The notes: generated by a model from the letters alone, not told the origin. A stretch of 64,000 bases of DNA from Rhodosorus marinus CCMP1338 (GCA_029953675.1 JAMWBK010000003.1:1922001-1986000); one strand, 5' to 3'. Shown: positions 36,003-49,173, counted from the first letter of the stretch. Numbers and translations: made by a program.

Positions 36003-36994
36003 TCCTATCGCTAGTGTTCCCTACAACATCTAACATCACAATTTCACATCAACATCCAAACCTCCTCCACCCCCCGCCCATCCACCACCAAATTCCTTCC
36101 AACAACAAAAGCATTACCTTCTTCCTCTTTTGTCCATCTTTGCCCTAGCGGCGTCTTCAAATAGCATTTCCAAAATGGCATGACTCGGCAACGTAGCTCC
36201 ATTATTATTAGAGATATATATACACGGATCCAACCTACATAGCCAATTTCCAAACGAATCCGTTGATTCATCAAAACACTTTATCTGTCATATTCATTAA
36301 TTCTATAATTAAACACTCTAATCAATAATAGTCTTTTATTTAAATATTTTATGCCCATATTGCAGGGTTGATTGCCTTCAATATAGTGACAGTTAAATAG
36401 ATTAGACATGCATACCTGTGTTCCGCCAATAATACTTCGATACTACCGAGTTCGACACGTGCTATTGTTTTGTTAGTTGATGGCTAACGGTACAGAGTTT
36501 TAATTGGTAACTGGAAGTACTCCTGTTCATATAAATATTGTTTGCTGTTGTCCTCAGCCAACGGTCGGTTTGTTTTGAGGAAAAAATCGACCTTAGTTAG
36601 TGTCATGCTTTGGCATGAACTAAGGTACATGTACCAAGCTAGAGTCAAGAAGTTCTAGAAAAAGGTATTGTCTTAAATGAACTGATCGAAAAACATGAAA
36701 AATATGAAGTGTCTTTAGAAAAAATACGATATCTTCAAACCAATGCCATTAATTACGCGGAGAAAGTGCTTATTTTTTTGTGTTTTTGTTGAAGTATCGT
36801 ATCGTAATTATCAATGGCGGCTCATGATGGCCGGCAAAACCCCCCCCGGAATTGGTCATTGAAATGCTGCCATCGGCTTGTCCGCCCTCCACTATTGAAG
36901 GAGCTCGATTCCGGAAGTTGTAAAGGAAGCCGAAGCGACAACATCGGTGGGCGACCACTGGAGGACCGCTTTAGCAAGGATATAGGTTGTCGTT

Positions 36995-37160
36995 CGCTTC
37001 TTGGGCTCTTTCGGAACAACCCAGGGGGTCTTGATAGCCTCCTCACGGAGCTGTCCTTGATCCTGTGATGTTCCAACGCTGCTTTATTGTTGGACGCGAA
37101 TCATCGGCGTCTTGTTTCTCGCTTCTTAGGGTAGTTAGGCTCTGAATAAAACGGATGATG
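36995..37160 (+). repeat. Dispersed repeat, copy A (homologous to 55570-55830 in inverted orientation)
   Basis: The 41-nt core 37020-37060 matches the reverse complement of 55766-55806 at 39 of 41 positions. A second block (AACGCTGCTTTATT..CGTCTTGTTTC..GAATAAA) matches 55570-55660. Confidence 0.85.
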
Positions 37161-38787
37161 TACTAGCCGAAACAAAGGGTCATAAAATAATGCTGATTCA
37201 ATATTATGCTCGGGCAAATGCGTCGTATTCTTGGAATGATGCTACTAGTTTCAATCTAGCCGCACTCAGTGTGGTTAACGGCACTCCATTTAGCCTAGAT
37301 GAGAGTTAAGTAGTGAAATAATCTTAGGGTAGAAATACGGTTCCATGGAGGGGATGCAATGATAGAGTAGACTGGGAGGGAATTCTCTCCCGGAGGGGGT
37401 GTGCCTTTTCGGTTCTTTCTGGACTGGATTTTTCCGTACTACATCGTTTTTTTATTATGCATACCCATTTTTTGTGATATGGTGGTTGCATTAATTCCCG
37501 ATCCGTGATTTAAGGAAACCGATTGTACAAGAAAAGGAACGGGAGCCAATCCGCCAGTGCCGCAGGAATGAACTTTCATCTAGCTCTCATTCTCGATAGA
37601 TTTTCGAAGAAATGTCTTGCTCCTTAGCCTCGTCTCTAAAACCGTGAACAGGCTCTGACGCTCGTACGCAGGCTCTGCCGCGGAGGAGGCAACCGAGTTC
37701 TATGCGCCCAAGTCTATAAACTAGTAGATAGAATCCATCTCGGCGCTCCTCCCGAAACCCGGACAGGTTTGCCCAAAGCGGATATGCGATTGTTGATGAA
37801 CAGACGACCGCAAATTCTAAGCTTGCTGAAGGTAACCCTCCGCGGGCGAGAAAGCCGAATTCCATGAGCTAGGAACGAGTGCACGAGCCTTTCGGGGCAT
37901 GACATTCGAGGGTATGCGCGTGAAGAGTGCACAGCGGGTCGGAGCTTGATGCTGATGATTTAGCCCCTGCTGCTCAGCGTGCGGTGGATTTGGTGGTCTG
38001 ACTGCTCGCAGGAGTGAGTATCTTAACTTGCCTATTACATTTCCTCCAGACTGCGCGACATCTTCCTACACGTGGGCGCAACTTCGTGGTGCTGCGCCGC
38101 TGGTTTAACGCGACGATTGAAGCATTCTCAATGCTCTAGGCGACTATCGATTACCCAATCTTTCGGGACTGAGCACTGCATCATCGGTCTGTACTGCTCA
38201 TTATCTAGTGCTTCGGTCTTTATACAGTGTTGATTTTCGCTGGCTTCGTCGCAGTGCCCCGAAGCGTATTGACAGCCTCCTGAAGGTCTCACCAGTACCC
38301 TAACTAGACCCCCCAAAAGTCCATTAACAATCAATATCAAGCGACAACAATCAATATACGGGTGCTATACGAATCATACATAGCCACATGTCCTAATCTT
38401 TTGTATCAAAAATTCCTACTTGGTGGCAAGCAGTCGCGAGGAATTCAATCATCATCTGAAGTACTCAATCCATGTAAATTTGCATCTAGCGTATGTTTTT
38501 TAAATTATTTTCTTGTTGTAAGGAAGGCGCTGTTGCGCGCTATTTAAGGTGTTCAGAAAAGGCTAATGGTGGGATAGACAACGACACTAGGGGTGCGGAG
38601 CTGTGGGGAAGGCGGGGAAAGCGGGTGACGTTGAGTTGAGTTTCAAGGAAGGGTGTTTTATGCTGAGTTTATTAGTTTGTTTAGCTTTCTGGAGAGCTTT
38701 GTGTTTGGTGCGGAGGAAGCTCTTCTATTTGAGTCCGTGGGTGATTTTTGGGGTGCCGAATTAGGGTCTGGTTTGTGTGTCATAGGC

Positions 38788-39648
38788 ATGGACGGAGCTG
38801 GCGTTTTAGTTTGCGAGGCAGGATGCTGTGAGACTGAGGTCTGTGATAAAGTAGAAAGGAACCCTCTGTTTACTGACTTGTCCACAGTTCGGACGTTATT
38901 TTTCGATTGTGATGATACTCTTTATCCGAGGTCATCAGGCGTTGACGTTATTGTTCGTAACAACATTGCGCTGTACATGGAGCGGGAATTGAAAATTCCA
39001 AAGGACGAGATTCCTAAGCTGCGACAAGATTTGTATGTGCAGTATGGTACAACACTCCGAGGGCTGCAAGAGGAGCATGATGTGGACCCCAACCACTATT
39101 GGGAATGTAAGACGGGCAACCACTTATCTTCTTTCTTCGCAGACAGTTGATACTTTGCATTCACTGACCAATCCTTTTTTGCGTTTTCAACTTTCACAGT
39201 TGTACATGGAACTTTGGACTACAGGAATCTGCTTCAACCAAACCCGGGGCTTGCGAAGATTTTGAAATCCTTGCCACAAAAGAAATGGGTCTTCACCAAC
39301 GCGAATGTTGAGCATGCAGAAGCATGCTTGAAGCAGCTGGGCCTTGACAACGGCATATTTGAAGGAATTATTGATGTGCGAGCTATGGACTTTGCAAACA
39401 AGCCGTCGCCCGCGTCTTTCATATCAGCCATGCGCATATCTGGAGAGGCTGATGCCTCCAAGATTCTGTTCTTCGACGACTCAAGTAAGAATCTTGAAGG
39501 AGCTCGGAAGCATGGGATCCACACTGTTAGAATCAGTGACGACAAGAGCAGAACAATCCTGGACGTCGCCCAAATGCAGGAGATCGATGAAATTTCGCAC
39601 AGCCTGGCCGACCTCTGGAAGTACAACGAGGGCTTGCCCAGTGTCTGA
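38788..39648 (+). CDS. HAD-superfamily pyrimidine 5'-nucleotidase (SDT1-like), 2 exons
   Basis: Motif I LFFDCDDTLYP; LYVQYGTTLRGL; WVFTNA; KPSP; motif IV LFFDDSSKNL. One GT-AG intron at about 39107-39199. Confidence 0.92.
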
Positions 39649-39989
39649 GCGTCGTCCCTTTTTATTCAATGTATTCTAATATATCTGTAAAATCTGCGTG
39701 TAAAACTTTGCCTTCGTAGGGAAACTCGAAACATACCCGCACGTTTCTTCGAGGTCCCCACAAACGATGGGACACACGCAGTGCGTGATGGTACACATGA
39801 AATAAAGAATGGCTAAATTTTCATAAATGTTTAATAAATAAATGGTACATTTTCATGTAAACGCGAATAAAAACGCCATCCAGCGCTCGCATCACCCTTC
39901 CATTGGTCAACAACTTTACAACGCGTCGATGATTGGTTTATCTTGATACGGACTGAATGTGGTTCCCTTGATCTTAAAATGGAGGGTTC

Positions 39990-40935
39990 TTAATGAAATC
40001 CAATCAATTGATTCAAATTTCCAATGGAGCCAGACGCTGTTGGAGGATCTCTCCGAGTGGTTGGGTGCAGGACATAGTTAACGGACCTCGTTGAGGATGA
40101 AGCTGGGTAAAACTCTTTGATCTCATCGTAATCTCTGCGAATCAAAACGAGCCGCTACCATAAGCATGTCTTAGTATCTTTTTAGCCGCAGTCATGCTTG
40201 ACACCTGTTGAGGTGAGTGTTAATCATGAGTGCGATGGTATGGAGCACGGCTGCGGTTTTTCGAAGGATTCGCACATAGTTCCCACAAGAGCCGAGAACA
40301 AAAGTACTCACGAAGGGCTGAATAATTTGTGAAAACGCGGAAATTCCTGAGCTTGTTTCGACCTATTAACAACAATGCGTACAGGGGACGATCGTCAATA
40401 GTACAAGGCTCGGTCACGTATAGCTCGACATCGAACACTGAACTTCGAGTGCAGAATCGGAAAGATTAGTCCCCAATGTCCAACAAAATAGACCCAAAAG
40501 ACTTTAAAAACTCCGCTCTTTAACGGTATCTCTTAGATCGCCAGTCACACATGTTGCTCTGTGGACAGAAAACTCCTCTTTCTTTCACTCTGACGGAAAA
40601 TTCAACTGAGGCCAACGTCCCCCGTCAAACAGGTTACTCGAACCAGTCAAAAAAACCTTCCTAAAAAAGCAAATCACGCTCGGGAAAAACCCCCAAATTC
40701 CGGAATTCCGAGCTGGAATTGGAAACGCCAATATTTTTTCTGAACTAAAGTGAAATCGGGCTGAAAGAAGACGCTCGGCGAAAATTCTTTTGTTTATATT
40801 TTTCGGTGGGTGCAATCTTAGAAAAGTTTCGAGAGATTGAAAGGGTTGGAAGGTCGCGGTCAAGGGAAAGAAGGTATGAGAAAGCTCTCTGGTAGTGGGA
40901 GGTGGGGAGGTCGGGGTGGAGTTGGGATCAGACAT
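39990..40935 (-). CDS. Hypothetical protein, probably 5 exons, head-to-head with SufS
   Basis: GT-AG junctions join in frame into MSDPNS..LETFLRLHPPKNINKRIFAERLL..IPARNSGIWGVKERGVFCPQSNMLFDVELYVETSSGISAFSQIIQPFVSSMTAAKKILRHAYGSGSFLIRRDY... Family not recognised; 3' end uncertain. Confidence 0.5.
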
Positions 40936-41026
40936 GAATGTATTTAGGAGTAACCCATTGAGGAATTTTCTGAGAAGGTTTGTATAGGATTAAGGGTTGG
41001 GACTGTGTTGGTTGCCTGTGATTGGG

Positions 41027-42632
41027 ATGGCGTTTGTTGGTGGCTTGGGCGTGGTGGGTGGTTCGAGGAGTCCTGGGTTGACTTGTCGGCCAAGGAGGAG
41101 CAGAGCGATTGTATGGAACGTTGCCGTGGAGGGTAAGCCTGCGATAGATCGAGGGGCTTTTCCTATTCTAGAACAGGTATGTAGTTTGGGAGAGGCGGTT
41201 CGTGTTCTGAATGTGGCTGTTTATGGTTTTTGCTAAGCGACTGTGGGTGGGTTTCTCTTGCTTTGTTTCCTAGGAGATAAATGGAAAACCGTTGGTGTAC
41301 TTTGACTCCGCGGCTACATCTCAAAAACCTCAGTCCGTTATTGATACTCTGCTCGACTACTACAAGAGTGCAAACTCAAATGTCCATCGTGGGGCCCACT
41401 CTCTATCGGCTAGAGCTACAGATCTCTACGAGGGTGCAAGGGATGATATCAGAGATTTTGTTAATGCTGAACATCGGGAGGAAATAATTTACACGAAAAA
41501 CGCGTCGGAGGCTATAAACCTTGTAGCTGTGTCGTGGGGTTCCCAGAACATTTCAAAGGGGGATGAGATCATCTTGACCGTAATGGAGCATCACTCAAAC
41601 CTTGTACCCTGGCAGTTTCTTGCAGAGAGGACCGGAGCGGTTTTGAAGTTCGTCCCGCTGAACAGCACGGGCTCTGGGATGGATATGGAGGTGTTCCACA
41701 GCCTTCTTTCTGACAAGACAAAGCTGGTTTCGTGCGGGCACATATCGAACGTCCTTGGCTGCTGTAACCCCGTGGAGGAAATAATTGCTGCCGCTCACGC
41801 CAAGGGAGCGAAGGTAGTGCTGGACGCCTGTCAGAGTGTTCCGCACATGACGGTTGACGTGCAGGTAAGGGTTGGGTTTCGCCGGAGTATCAGCGTCGAG
41901 TTGATTGGGAAATTAAACGCCCATGAGTCCGTTTTTCTCGTAGGCGCTGGATTGTGATTTTCTCGTAGCTTCTGGCCACAAGATGTGCGGGCCAACAGGA
42001 ATCGGGTTCCTGTACGGCAAGAAGGACATTTTGGAAGAAATGCCTCCATTCATGGGAGGCGGTGAAATGATAGCTGATGTGTTCATGGAGTATTCTACGT
42101 ATGCGGAACTTCCCCACAAGTTTGAACCTGGAACACCTGCGATCGGGGAAGCCATCGGTCTCGGTGCTGCTGTGCAATACCTGAATAAGATTGGCATGGA
42201 TAAAATCCATCAGTATGAGACAGAGATTGGGGAATATCTCTACAAGCGCCTGTCGGAGTTTGAAGAGGTGAAAATCTATGGTCCAGAAACCCAGAGAGCA
42301 GCTTTATGTGCGTTCCAAATTGAAGGCATTCACCCAAGCGACTTGTCAGTGATGTTGGATTTGGAAGGTACGTCAGATCAATGTCAAGGGAGACAGAGGT
42401 TGTGCTGAAGTCGACAGGATCTCCTCACCTACTTTTGGTCTGTTCTGTGCCATCAGGTGTGGCGATCAGAGCCGGTAATCACTGCACTCAGCCCCTGCAC
42501 ACTGCGCTGGGCGAAGCCGGTTCGGCACGTGCTTCGTTGTACTTTTACAACACATTCGATGAGGTTGATACGTTCATTGAAGCCCTGAAATCAGCAGTGG
42601 ATGTCCTGGGCGGGAAATTAACGAAGAAGTGA
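41027..42632 (+). CDS. SUFS: Plastid cysteine desulfurase, SufS/CpNifS type, 4 exons
   Basis: Transit peptide [12 protein letters not shown]; [50 protein letters not shown] (PLP lysine), [12 protein letters not shown] (catalytic Cys), [10 protein letters not shown]. Confidence 0.96.
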
Positions 42633-43204
42633 AGGCGCGAACGGCTTGATTATGTGTCCCAAAGCCTGTGAGCCATGACATTCGAAAGGGCAACAGCGAG
42701 GCGACGCAGTATATTGAGCTCAGGAGTTATTGGGTTTGACCGCGCGTCCCATCTGCTCGAGCGAGAGCTGCCACAACCTAGGCAGAGTGCCCGTAGGCGG
42801 ATTGTACCAATAGAAGGACGAGGTATGATTTGTTGGTCTCGTTCAACCGAGACCATGTAGATTTACGAACTAACACAGTCAGTACAAATGAAAGAGGGTG
42901 GCCCTTTTTCCATATACTGTAGTCTGTGAAAAGCTCGAGTTGAGCTTCAGTGCCTCGCGAGGTAAATGCTTGTTTCTTAAGATGCGTTCGCGCAACCAAG
43001 AGGATACGAATTCCTCGGCCTTGCCGGGCCACCATATGACTGGACATCCTATTAAACAGCGTCGTGTACGTACTCGAATCTCGCCACCCCCCTTGTGGAA
43101 ATCTTCGCCCTGGGGTTAAGTCCGTTACCAAGTGGCGATCGCAGTTGAACGTTTAACGACAGGTTGATGACGATAGCGGATGGGGAGCTCATCTTTTGGG
43201 ATAG

Positions 43205-43501
43205 GGAAGGCTTTTGCTTGTTGTCCTTCCGCGCAAGGGAGTGGCACTCCCACCTTGCCGAGTAACCACATAAAACTGTATATAAAAGGGTACAAAAAGT
43301 TTTGAAAACGACTCTTAGGTAGAAGCGCATAAAACGCTTCTGCCTCAAGGGCATCCCATAAAAATTGGAGTGCCCCTGTACAATAGTGGAAGACACTATT
43401 GTACAAACCACAATTCCCGTTTCTGTACATAGTTTCCTGTTCTACAGGCATTTCTTGCCCGATCATCAACCAGTTCAGAAAAGGGCTGGAATATTCAGCC
43501 C
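43205..43501. other. Cluster of six stem-loops with repeated CATAAAA loops and TGTAHATA motifs; candidate structured RNA or 3'UTR element
   Basis: Stems at 43205-43230, 43237-43251, 43317-43345, 43349-43375, 43377-43405 (12 bp perfect) and 43483-43501. CATAAAA at 43269, 43328 and 43357. Confidence 0.5.
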
Positions 43502-44382
43502 CTTCCAGTGGTAAAATATTGAATCATAGATATATAAATAAACTTATCGAAAGTCATGAGTAGTAAAGGGGGGGTATAAACAAAGATGTCACGAGAGTTC
43601 CCGCTATTCGCCCCCCCCAAAAGCTCAAGATATTACGAGACAGTCAAAATCTAATAAAAAAAGAAAAAGCACTCATTCACAATTTAAAAGGCTTTGGGCT
43701 CTAGTAAAACTACTAAAAAAAACAAAAACGAATGCGAATTTGCACATTGCTTTCAATGGAGTGCTACGTCAACTGAAGTTCAACTGCTTCACGAATTTAC
43801 TAGATTTCAAACTGTAACCAAGTAGTTTATATTCGAAAACTTTTGGTGACAATAACACGTGTCATAATTTAATTAGTATAAAAGTAGCAACGTAGTAAAA
43901 AGCTGTCATTGGAGGGAAAAAAAGGGTTGGAGGATCGAGCTCTGCTGTTCGAGTTATTACTGCTTTCCCTCAAGCTTCCGCTTGCGACGGGAAATATCTC
44001 AAGCTGATCAAGCTGAAGAGTCATCAGTAGACACCGTGAAAGAGAAGAGGATCCCTGAGAGTAGGATAAAGAGTTGTCTTAAAGAGAAGCAACTAGGGCT
44101 TTTGGTTCACGGACGAAGACAGGGTATAAGAGATCTTGGGTTTAATGGTGTGCGTTATTGTCGCATCATCTTGGGGGATGGAATAGCTCAGCTGGGAGGG
44201 TACGTTAGGATATTTTAGCGGATTTCTGTTGGTTTTGGCAGGGGCTGGGTGAAGGAGGGGACCCAGGGGACCTGGTAAAGGTGGTGAGGAGAGAGTTTGG
44301 TTTTGGATAGTCGTCTTGTGTGTTTTGTGTGTGTTAGATCTCTCGGTCTGTGTGTTTAGGTTGGATTTTTAAACGGGCGGGA

Positions 44383-45450
44383 ATGGAGACTTCTGCAGAT
44401 GAGATCGCACCAAAGGCACCGGAGTTGCCGAAGTTTGACGAGACGGTGGGAGGTGCTTCTGGAGATGATGTACCGACGGAGACTTTGAGTAAGTGATAAA
44501 GATGGTGTAAATAATTTTTTTTCTTTTCTTGCGTTTTTGGAAGTAGAATCGCGGTTGTTCTGGTGGTTTGTTGATTCTGGTTTTCCTTCGGTGGTCTCAC
44601 TATTCGTTTTTCATATGTATTTTTGTGATTTAGTTGAAAAGATAGTCTTATGGAAAGACCTGAAGCTTTCTGGAGCGATTTTCGGGGCTGTGAATTTGAT
44701 CTGTATCTTGACGCTGTTTCTCAAGTATTCATTCCTCTCAGTATTCTCCTTCCTCGTGATGCTGCTTTTGACTGCGAGCTTCCTCTTTGAGAACGGAGCC
44801 AAACTTCTTGAAGGTCATTTGGGCAAAGAAAATATTCCCCAGCCGAGCTTTGGTCTGGAGCCATTCAATGCTGATGCCCTCCAAGCCAAGGTCCCGCAAG
44901 TAGTTGACTTTTTGAACGAAAATATCACCAAACTAAGGGATATCGTAACTTGCAAGGACAACAAGACAACGCTGCGAGCGATTGGCGTTGCATTCGGTTT
45001 CTATCTCCTGGGTAGAATTTTCCCGGATCTGGTACTGTTCTATTTACTCTTTCTTTCGGCCTTTATCCTCCCGAAAGTCTACGAAATGAACAAGGAGGAG
45101 ATCGACGCAGCAGCTGCACATGCACAGGAGCGGATCGCTGAGGTAAGAAGCACCGCGAGCATTTGAGATATTACGGGTCCAACGACAACCAGTGCACTTG
45201 CTCACAGTGGGAGAGCTCGATCTTACACGTTCTTCAGGAATCCGCAAAGGCGTACAAAATCGCTGAGGAAAGGACAAAAGAGTATTCAGAAATTGCGTCT
45301 AAGAAGTTTAATGACACTGCGTCGCCATATTTGGAAAAGTATCAGCCGCAGTTGGATACCCTCAGGCAGAGATTCTCCAAGGCTTCCGTTCAAGCCCCAG
45401 CAGACATTGCGAGCGCTGCTGCTTCAGATGTGACTAAGAAGGCGGAGTGA
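44383..45450 (+). CDS. RTN: Reticulon family protein (RTNLB-like), 3 exons
   Basis: IVLWKDLKLSGAIF, two long hydrophobic hairpins, FILPKVYEMNKEEID. GT-AG introns at about 44492-44633 and 45143-45237. Confidence 0.9.
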
Positions 45451-46277
45451 GACGCCGAACGACAGAATGAACAACACGAAGCGAGGATACGCCTATGCCC
45501 TCGGACGATCGCAGAGTACTTTTCTTATGCTTGATATCGGTACAGCGCAGTTTTGTAAGACTATGGGTAGAAAGTCGCCAACGCGGTCAAGCAGAAGACA
45601 TTCTTGACGCAGCTGAGTAAACATTCGTCTCCGCAAGGTCTATGCCCGGACTGGATTCACAGCGAGGTTGTCAAGTGGTCCAAGCAAGAGCAGAGCGCGA
45701 CTGACGAAGGAAAATAATTCTAGATTGCTTTCAAAGAGACGGCAGCTTCCCGGAAAGCTAGCCACTCGAGTAAGAATTGGAGGTCTGAGCATGAGCAATA
45801 GCTCTCGGTGCAACGGCTAGGACACAAGACTACCAACCCCTCTTCCTAGTTGTTCGCGTATTCCCTGATGCTTGCCTCCACTTCAATACGAACCATCCAC
45901 CACAATCAGAATCTCACAATGGCCAGGATTTCGCGGTTAATGGAAAGATCTGTTCGTGGGTCCAGCAGTGCCTAAGAAACGCCGCGGTATTCCGAGGGTT
46001 ATGCTGCACACATGTGCATTCTTACTAGTCAAACTGAATAAATCATTGGAAGAAAATCATCAAACCCCAAGAACCACTGGAAAAGATCGCGCCCGTTTAC
46101 GGATTTACGTGGACCAAGATCACAGAAACAAAACCATGTCGCCCATGACTGATATGAAAGCACTGATCGATCGCTTGAGCAACCTCTTTCACCCTCGCTA
46201 GCGTAAACCCAACAACAAATTGCCAGAAACCAAAAAAAAACCACAACTAAAAGATAAAAGCGAAGAGAATGCAAAAA

Positions 46278-46361
46278 TGATGAGAGTGGGATTCGAACCC
46301 ACGCCAACAGATGTTGACTGCGACCTGAACGCAGCGCCTTAGACCGCTCGGCCATCTCACC
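46278..46361 (-). tRNA. trnL-CAG: tRNA-Leu, anticodon CAG
   Basis: GGTGAGA/TCTCATC acceptor stem; A box TGGCCGAGCGG; anticodon arm CTGCG-TTCAGGT-CGCAG; long variable arm; B box GGTTCGAATCC; TTTTT Pol III terminator immediately downstream. Confidence 0.97.
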
Positions 46362-48216
46362 ATTACCCAGTACCACCGATTTTAATATATAATATATTTA
46401 AAATAAACCTGGAATTTTTGAGGGCCAAACTCTTGTTGGGCATGTGGTTTGGAAGCCGAAGAAAGCTTGCACCAGAATTATGAACAGTACCAATCCAAAG
46501 CCGAGACAAGAACAAACGATCCAGGAAGCACGTCACTCGGCAGGTTCTTAGCTCGGAAGTCGTTCCTTCCTTCAGATAGTCTGCCAAAGGATAGTATTGG
46601 CGACGGAAGTGGGTTTCGGAACTTGATGCGTTTGACATTTTCGCCTTACCAGCCGGTGGGGCCTTTTTGCGGGTAATTCCTTAGGGTGGGACCCGAGTAA
46701 GTGGTGGTACACACCTTACGAGGTCGAATTTCGGAAGGAAAGAGGTTGAGCTCCTTGGGATCCGATCCGGATTTCTGAGGGTTTGTTTCAGATTGAGGAG
46801 GCGACGGTGGAAATTGTCAGTCAGCTGAAGTTGCCAGGCATAGTGAAAAGGGCTACGGTCCGTTATGGAACTTCTAGCGTACTTTCGAACCTTCACCAGT
46901 GAATCTTTATGGGTTGCGGCTCCGTTGAAGCGAAGGGAGGCAAGGTGTTCGAGGTAAACTGTGTACGCTTTTGAACGTTTGAAGATGCTGCTCACCGCGG
47001 GGAGAGAGGCCTTGCACTATTTTAACGGATTGGAGGGTGGTGTGACCACCCACGCGTCCGTTTTCAGGACCGTTGGCATAGTATTCTTCCGACTGCAAGC
47101 CACGTGAGGATACAAGAATGAATTGCAAGTTGCTCAACGCTCCAAGCGATGTGAACTTGCTATAAGGTGTAAATTTCTGTGAAGCTTCGAGGGAATGGTT
47201 TTCGGCACCTTTTCGGTTTGGAAGAGGGTAGACCGTGGGATGAAAGCAGACAAGGGCAAAGCGGATAACGTCCAAGCTTCTGCGAGCAGAGATGAGCGGG
47301 TGTGCTCTTGAACGGACAGAATGCACGAGAATATTCTCGGATGACTATTTCAAATCCTTCGCCGAGCTTGTGGACGGCTTACCGACAACAAAATCACGCA
47401 ACTCGCCCCTCCCCCGCCCCGGGAAGTGCTAATCAACAAAGAGGGAATCCAGATCATGGAAGAACAACCTTTCCACAAGCAGAGTCTCCTCACAAAATTC
47501 ATTTTGCCAACTAGATCCATCCATTCACATTCTGTAGCCTCCACATCCGACATCCATCGATCACTAACGCCAAAACTCGATCACGCAATCCATCTCCAAA
47601 CTATCACAAAACACACAGCCAGTCTTAAGTAACATATTAAGCAAAGCTCCAAAATCCTTCCGTTGAAGTGAAACACTTGTAACCCTTTTTCACCTCTCAA
47701 AATTGAATTGGAAATTTTTTCACAGATTTTTTTTTGTTTTGGGTCATCCCGATCGCTGCGGTCATCCCGCAAACAAACATTCCTATTAATATTTAAGAAT
47801 AAAACATGAATGAGATTAACGTATCTCTACATCACAAAAATAATGGAAATACTATATTCAGCAATCCGGCATTGAATAATGATTCATGTTTTTTAAGAGT
47901 TATTACTCGTGATATTTGTATTTCAGCGGAATATCTTCTTTTTTGGTAATATTTGTAAGGAATTGGATGGGTTTGGCGCGGCGGTTGGGCTTTGTTAGAG
48001 AGTGGATGGAACTGGATGGAGTTGGATCGAGGTGAGGAACTGGTTTCATGACTATATAAGGCAGACGATCACTGGATTATTGAGCAGTTCCGAGTCTGGT
48101 ATGATACTTATTACAACGTATGTGAAGATTGGACAGAGAATGTGGTCAAGAGTTTTTTGTGGGTACATAGTGAGTTAGTTAAAATTTTCGGATTTTGTTT
48201 GTTCGAGGTTTGACGA

Positions 48217-49173
48217 ATGGAGAAGACAACGTTGATGGTTATCGGTGCGAGTGGAAAGGTTGGCACAGCAACGTTGGAAGCCTTGTCTGCCATGCATGAC
48301 CCGGAGACTACTATGATTCTCGCCGGGGTTCGAAACGTGGGAAAGGTGGAGGCGCTGAAGGCGTTGCCCGGAGTTGAAGTTCTGCATGCTGAGATGGGGG
48401 ATCCAAAACTGGCGACCACTCTCATCGGTGTGGATTCTCTTTTCATAGTCAGTCCATCGACGACAGACTGTGCTCCGCTCGTTTTGAAGACTATGAAAAG
48501 TGCCGCAGCAGCTGGTGTAAAGCACGTCATGGTTGTGTCGGTGATGACCGCCGGCCGTGATTCGATCTACGGCAGACAGTTCGGGTATATTGAATGTGGC
48601 ATCAAGTTGCTGGGTTTCGAGTACACAGTTCTTAGACTCCCACTTTTCATGGAAAACTACTACGCGTCCAGGGTAAGCTCGAGCAAGGTTTTTATTGGTA
48701 GTAGGTCGTCCAAGCTCACCAGTTCTCTCCCGATTTGCTTTCAACAGGATGGAATTGTTTCGGAATCGGTCCTCTACTCGCCAGTAGATCCTTCCAAACC
48801 ATATGTGCCTGTTGTTGTTGCTGACGCAGGGAAGATGGCGGCGAAAATTATGCTTAACCCTCATCCACACAATGGGAAGATTTACAAGGTGACGGCCCCA
48901 GCGCACACTTTTGGGGAGGCCGCCGCTCAGTTCAGTGCTGCCCTGGGGAAGGAAGTCAGCTTTGTACGGATTCCATACGAGACAGCTTTGCAGGCCTATA
49001 TGGAGATTGGCTTCGAGAAGTGGCAGGTTGTGGGTGTGCTTGAGCTCTACCGTGACATCGATAACGGCAACTCGATAGCTACCACTTACAGTCCGGACTA
49101 CGAAAATGTAGTGGGTGCTCCTCAGACCGACCTAGCAACATGGGTGAAATCAGCAGCCCCCTATTTCACCTAG
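48217..49173 (+). CDS. NmrA-like / NAD(P)H-binding Rossmann protein (atypical SDR)
   Basis: VIGASGKVG glycine motif; GVKHVMVVS; YTVLRLPLFMENY; GKIYKVTAP. A probable 75-nt in-frame intron at about 48673-48747. Confidence 0.88.
   Translation: MEKTTLMVIGASGKVGTATLEALSAMHDPETTMILAGVRNVGKVEALKALPGVEVLHAEMGDPKLATTLIGVDSLFIVSPSTTDCAPLVLKTMKSAAAAGVKHVMVVSVMTAGRDSIYGRQFGYIECGIKLLGFEYTVLRLPLFMENYYASRVSSSKVFIGSRSSKLTSSLPICFQQDGIVSESVLYSPVDPSKPYVPVVVADAGKMAAKIMLNPHPHNGKIYKVTAPAHTFGEAAAQFSAALGKEVSFVRIPYETALQAYMEIGFEKWQVVGVLELYRDIDNGNSIATTYSPDYENVVGAPQTDLATWVKSAAPYFT

Noticed and set aside
21615-42632. Prokaryotic or plastid origin of the contig (sigma-70, SufS and S4 genes look bacterial)
   Set aside because: The sigma factor and SufS genes have spliceosomal introns and all three have transit peptides. 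They sit among nucleoporin, reticulon and ING genes.
46029-46376. 115-aa minus-strand ORF
   Set aside because: It is a translation of the tRNA-Leu gene and its T-rich trailer.
46400-47560. Possible minus-strand gene or pseudogene next to the tRNA
   Set aside because: Short overlapping ORFs, no recognisable motifs and no consistent splice model.
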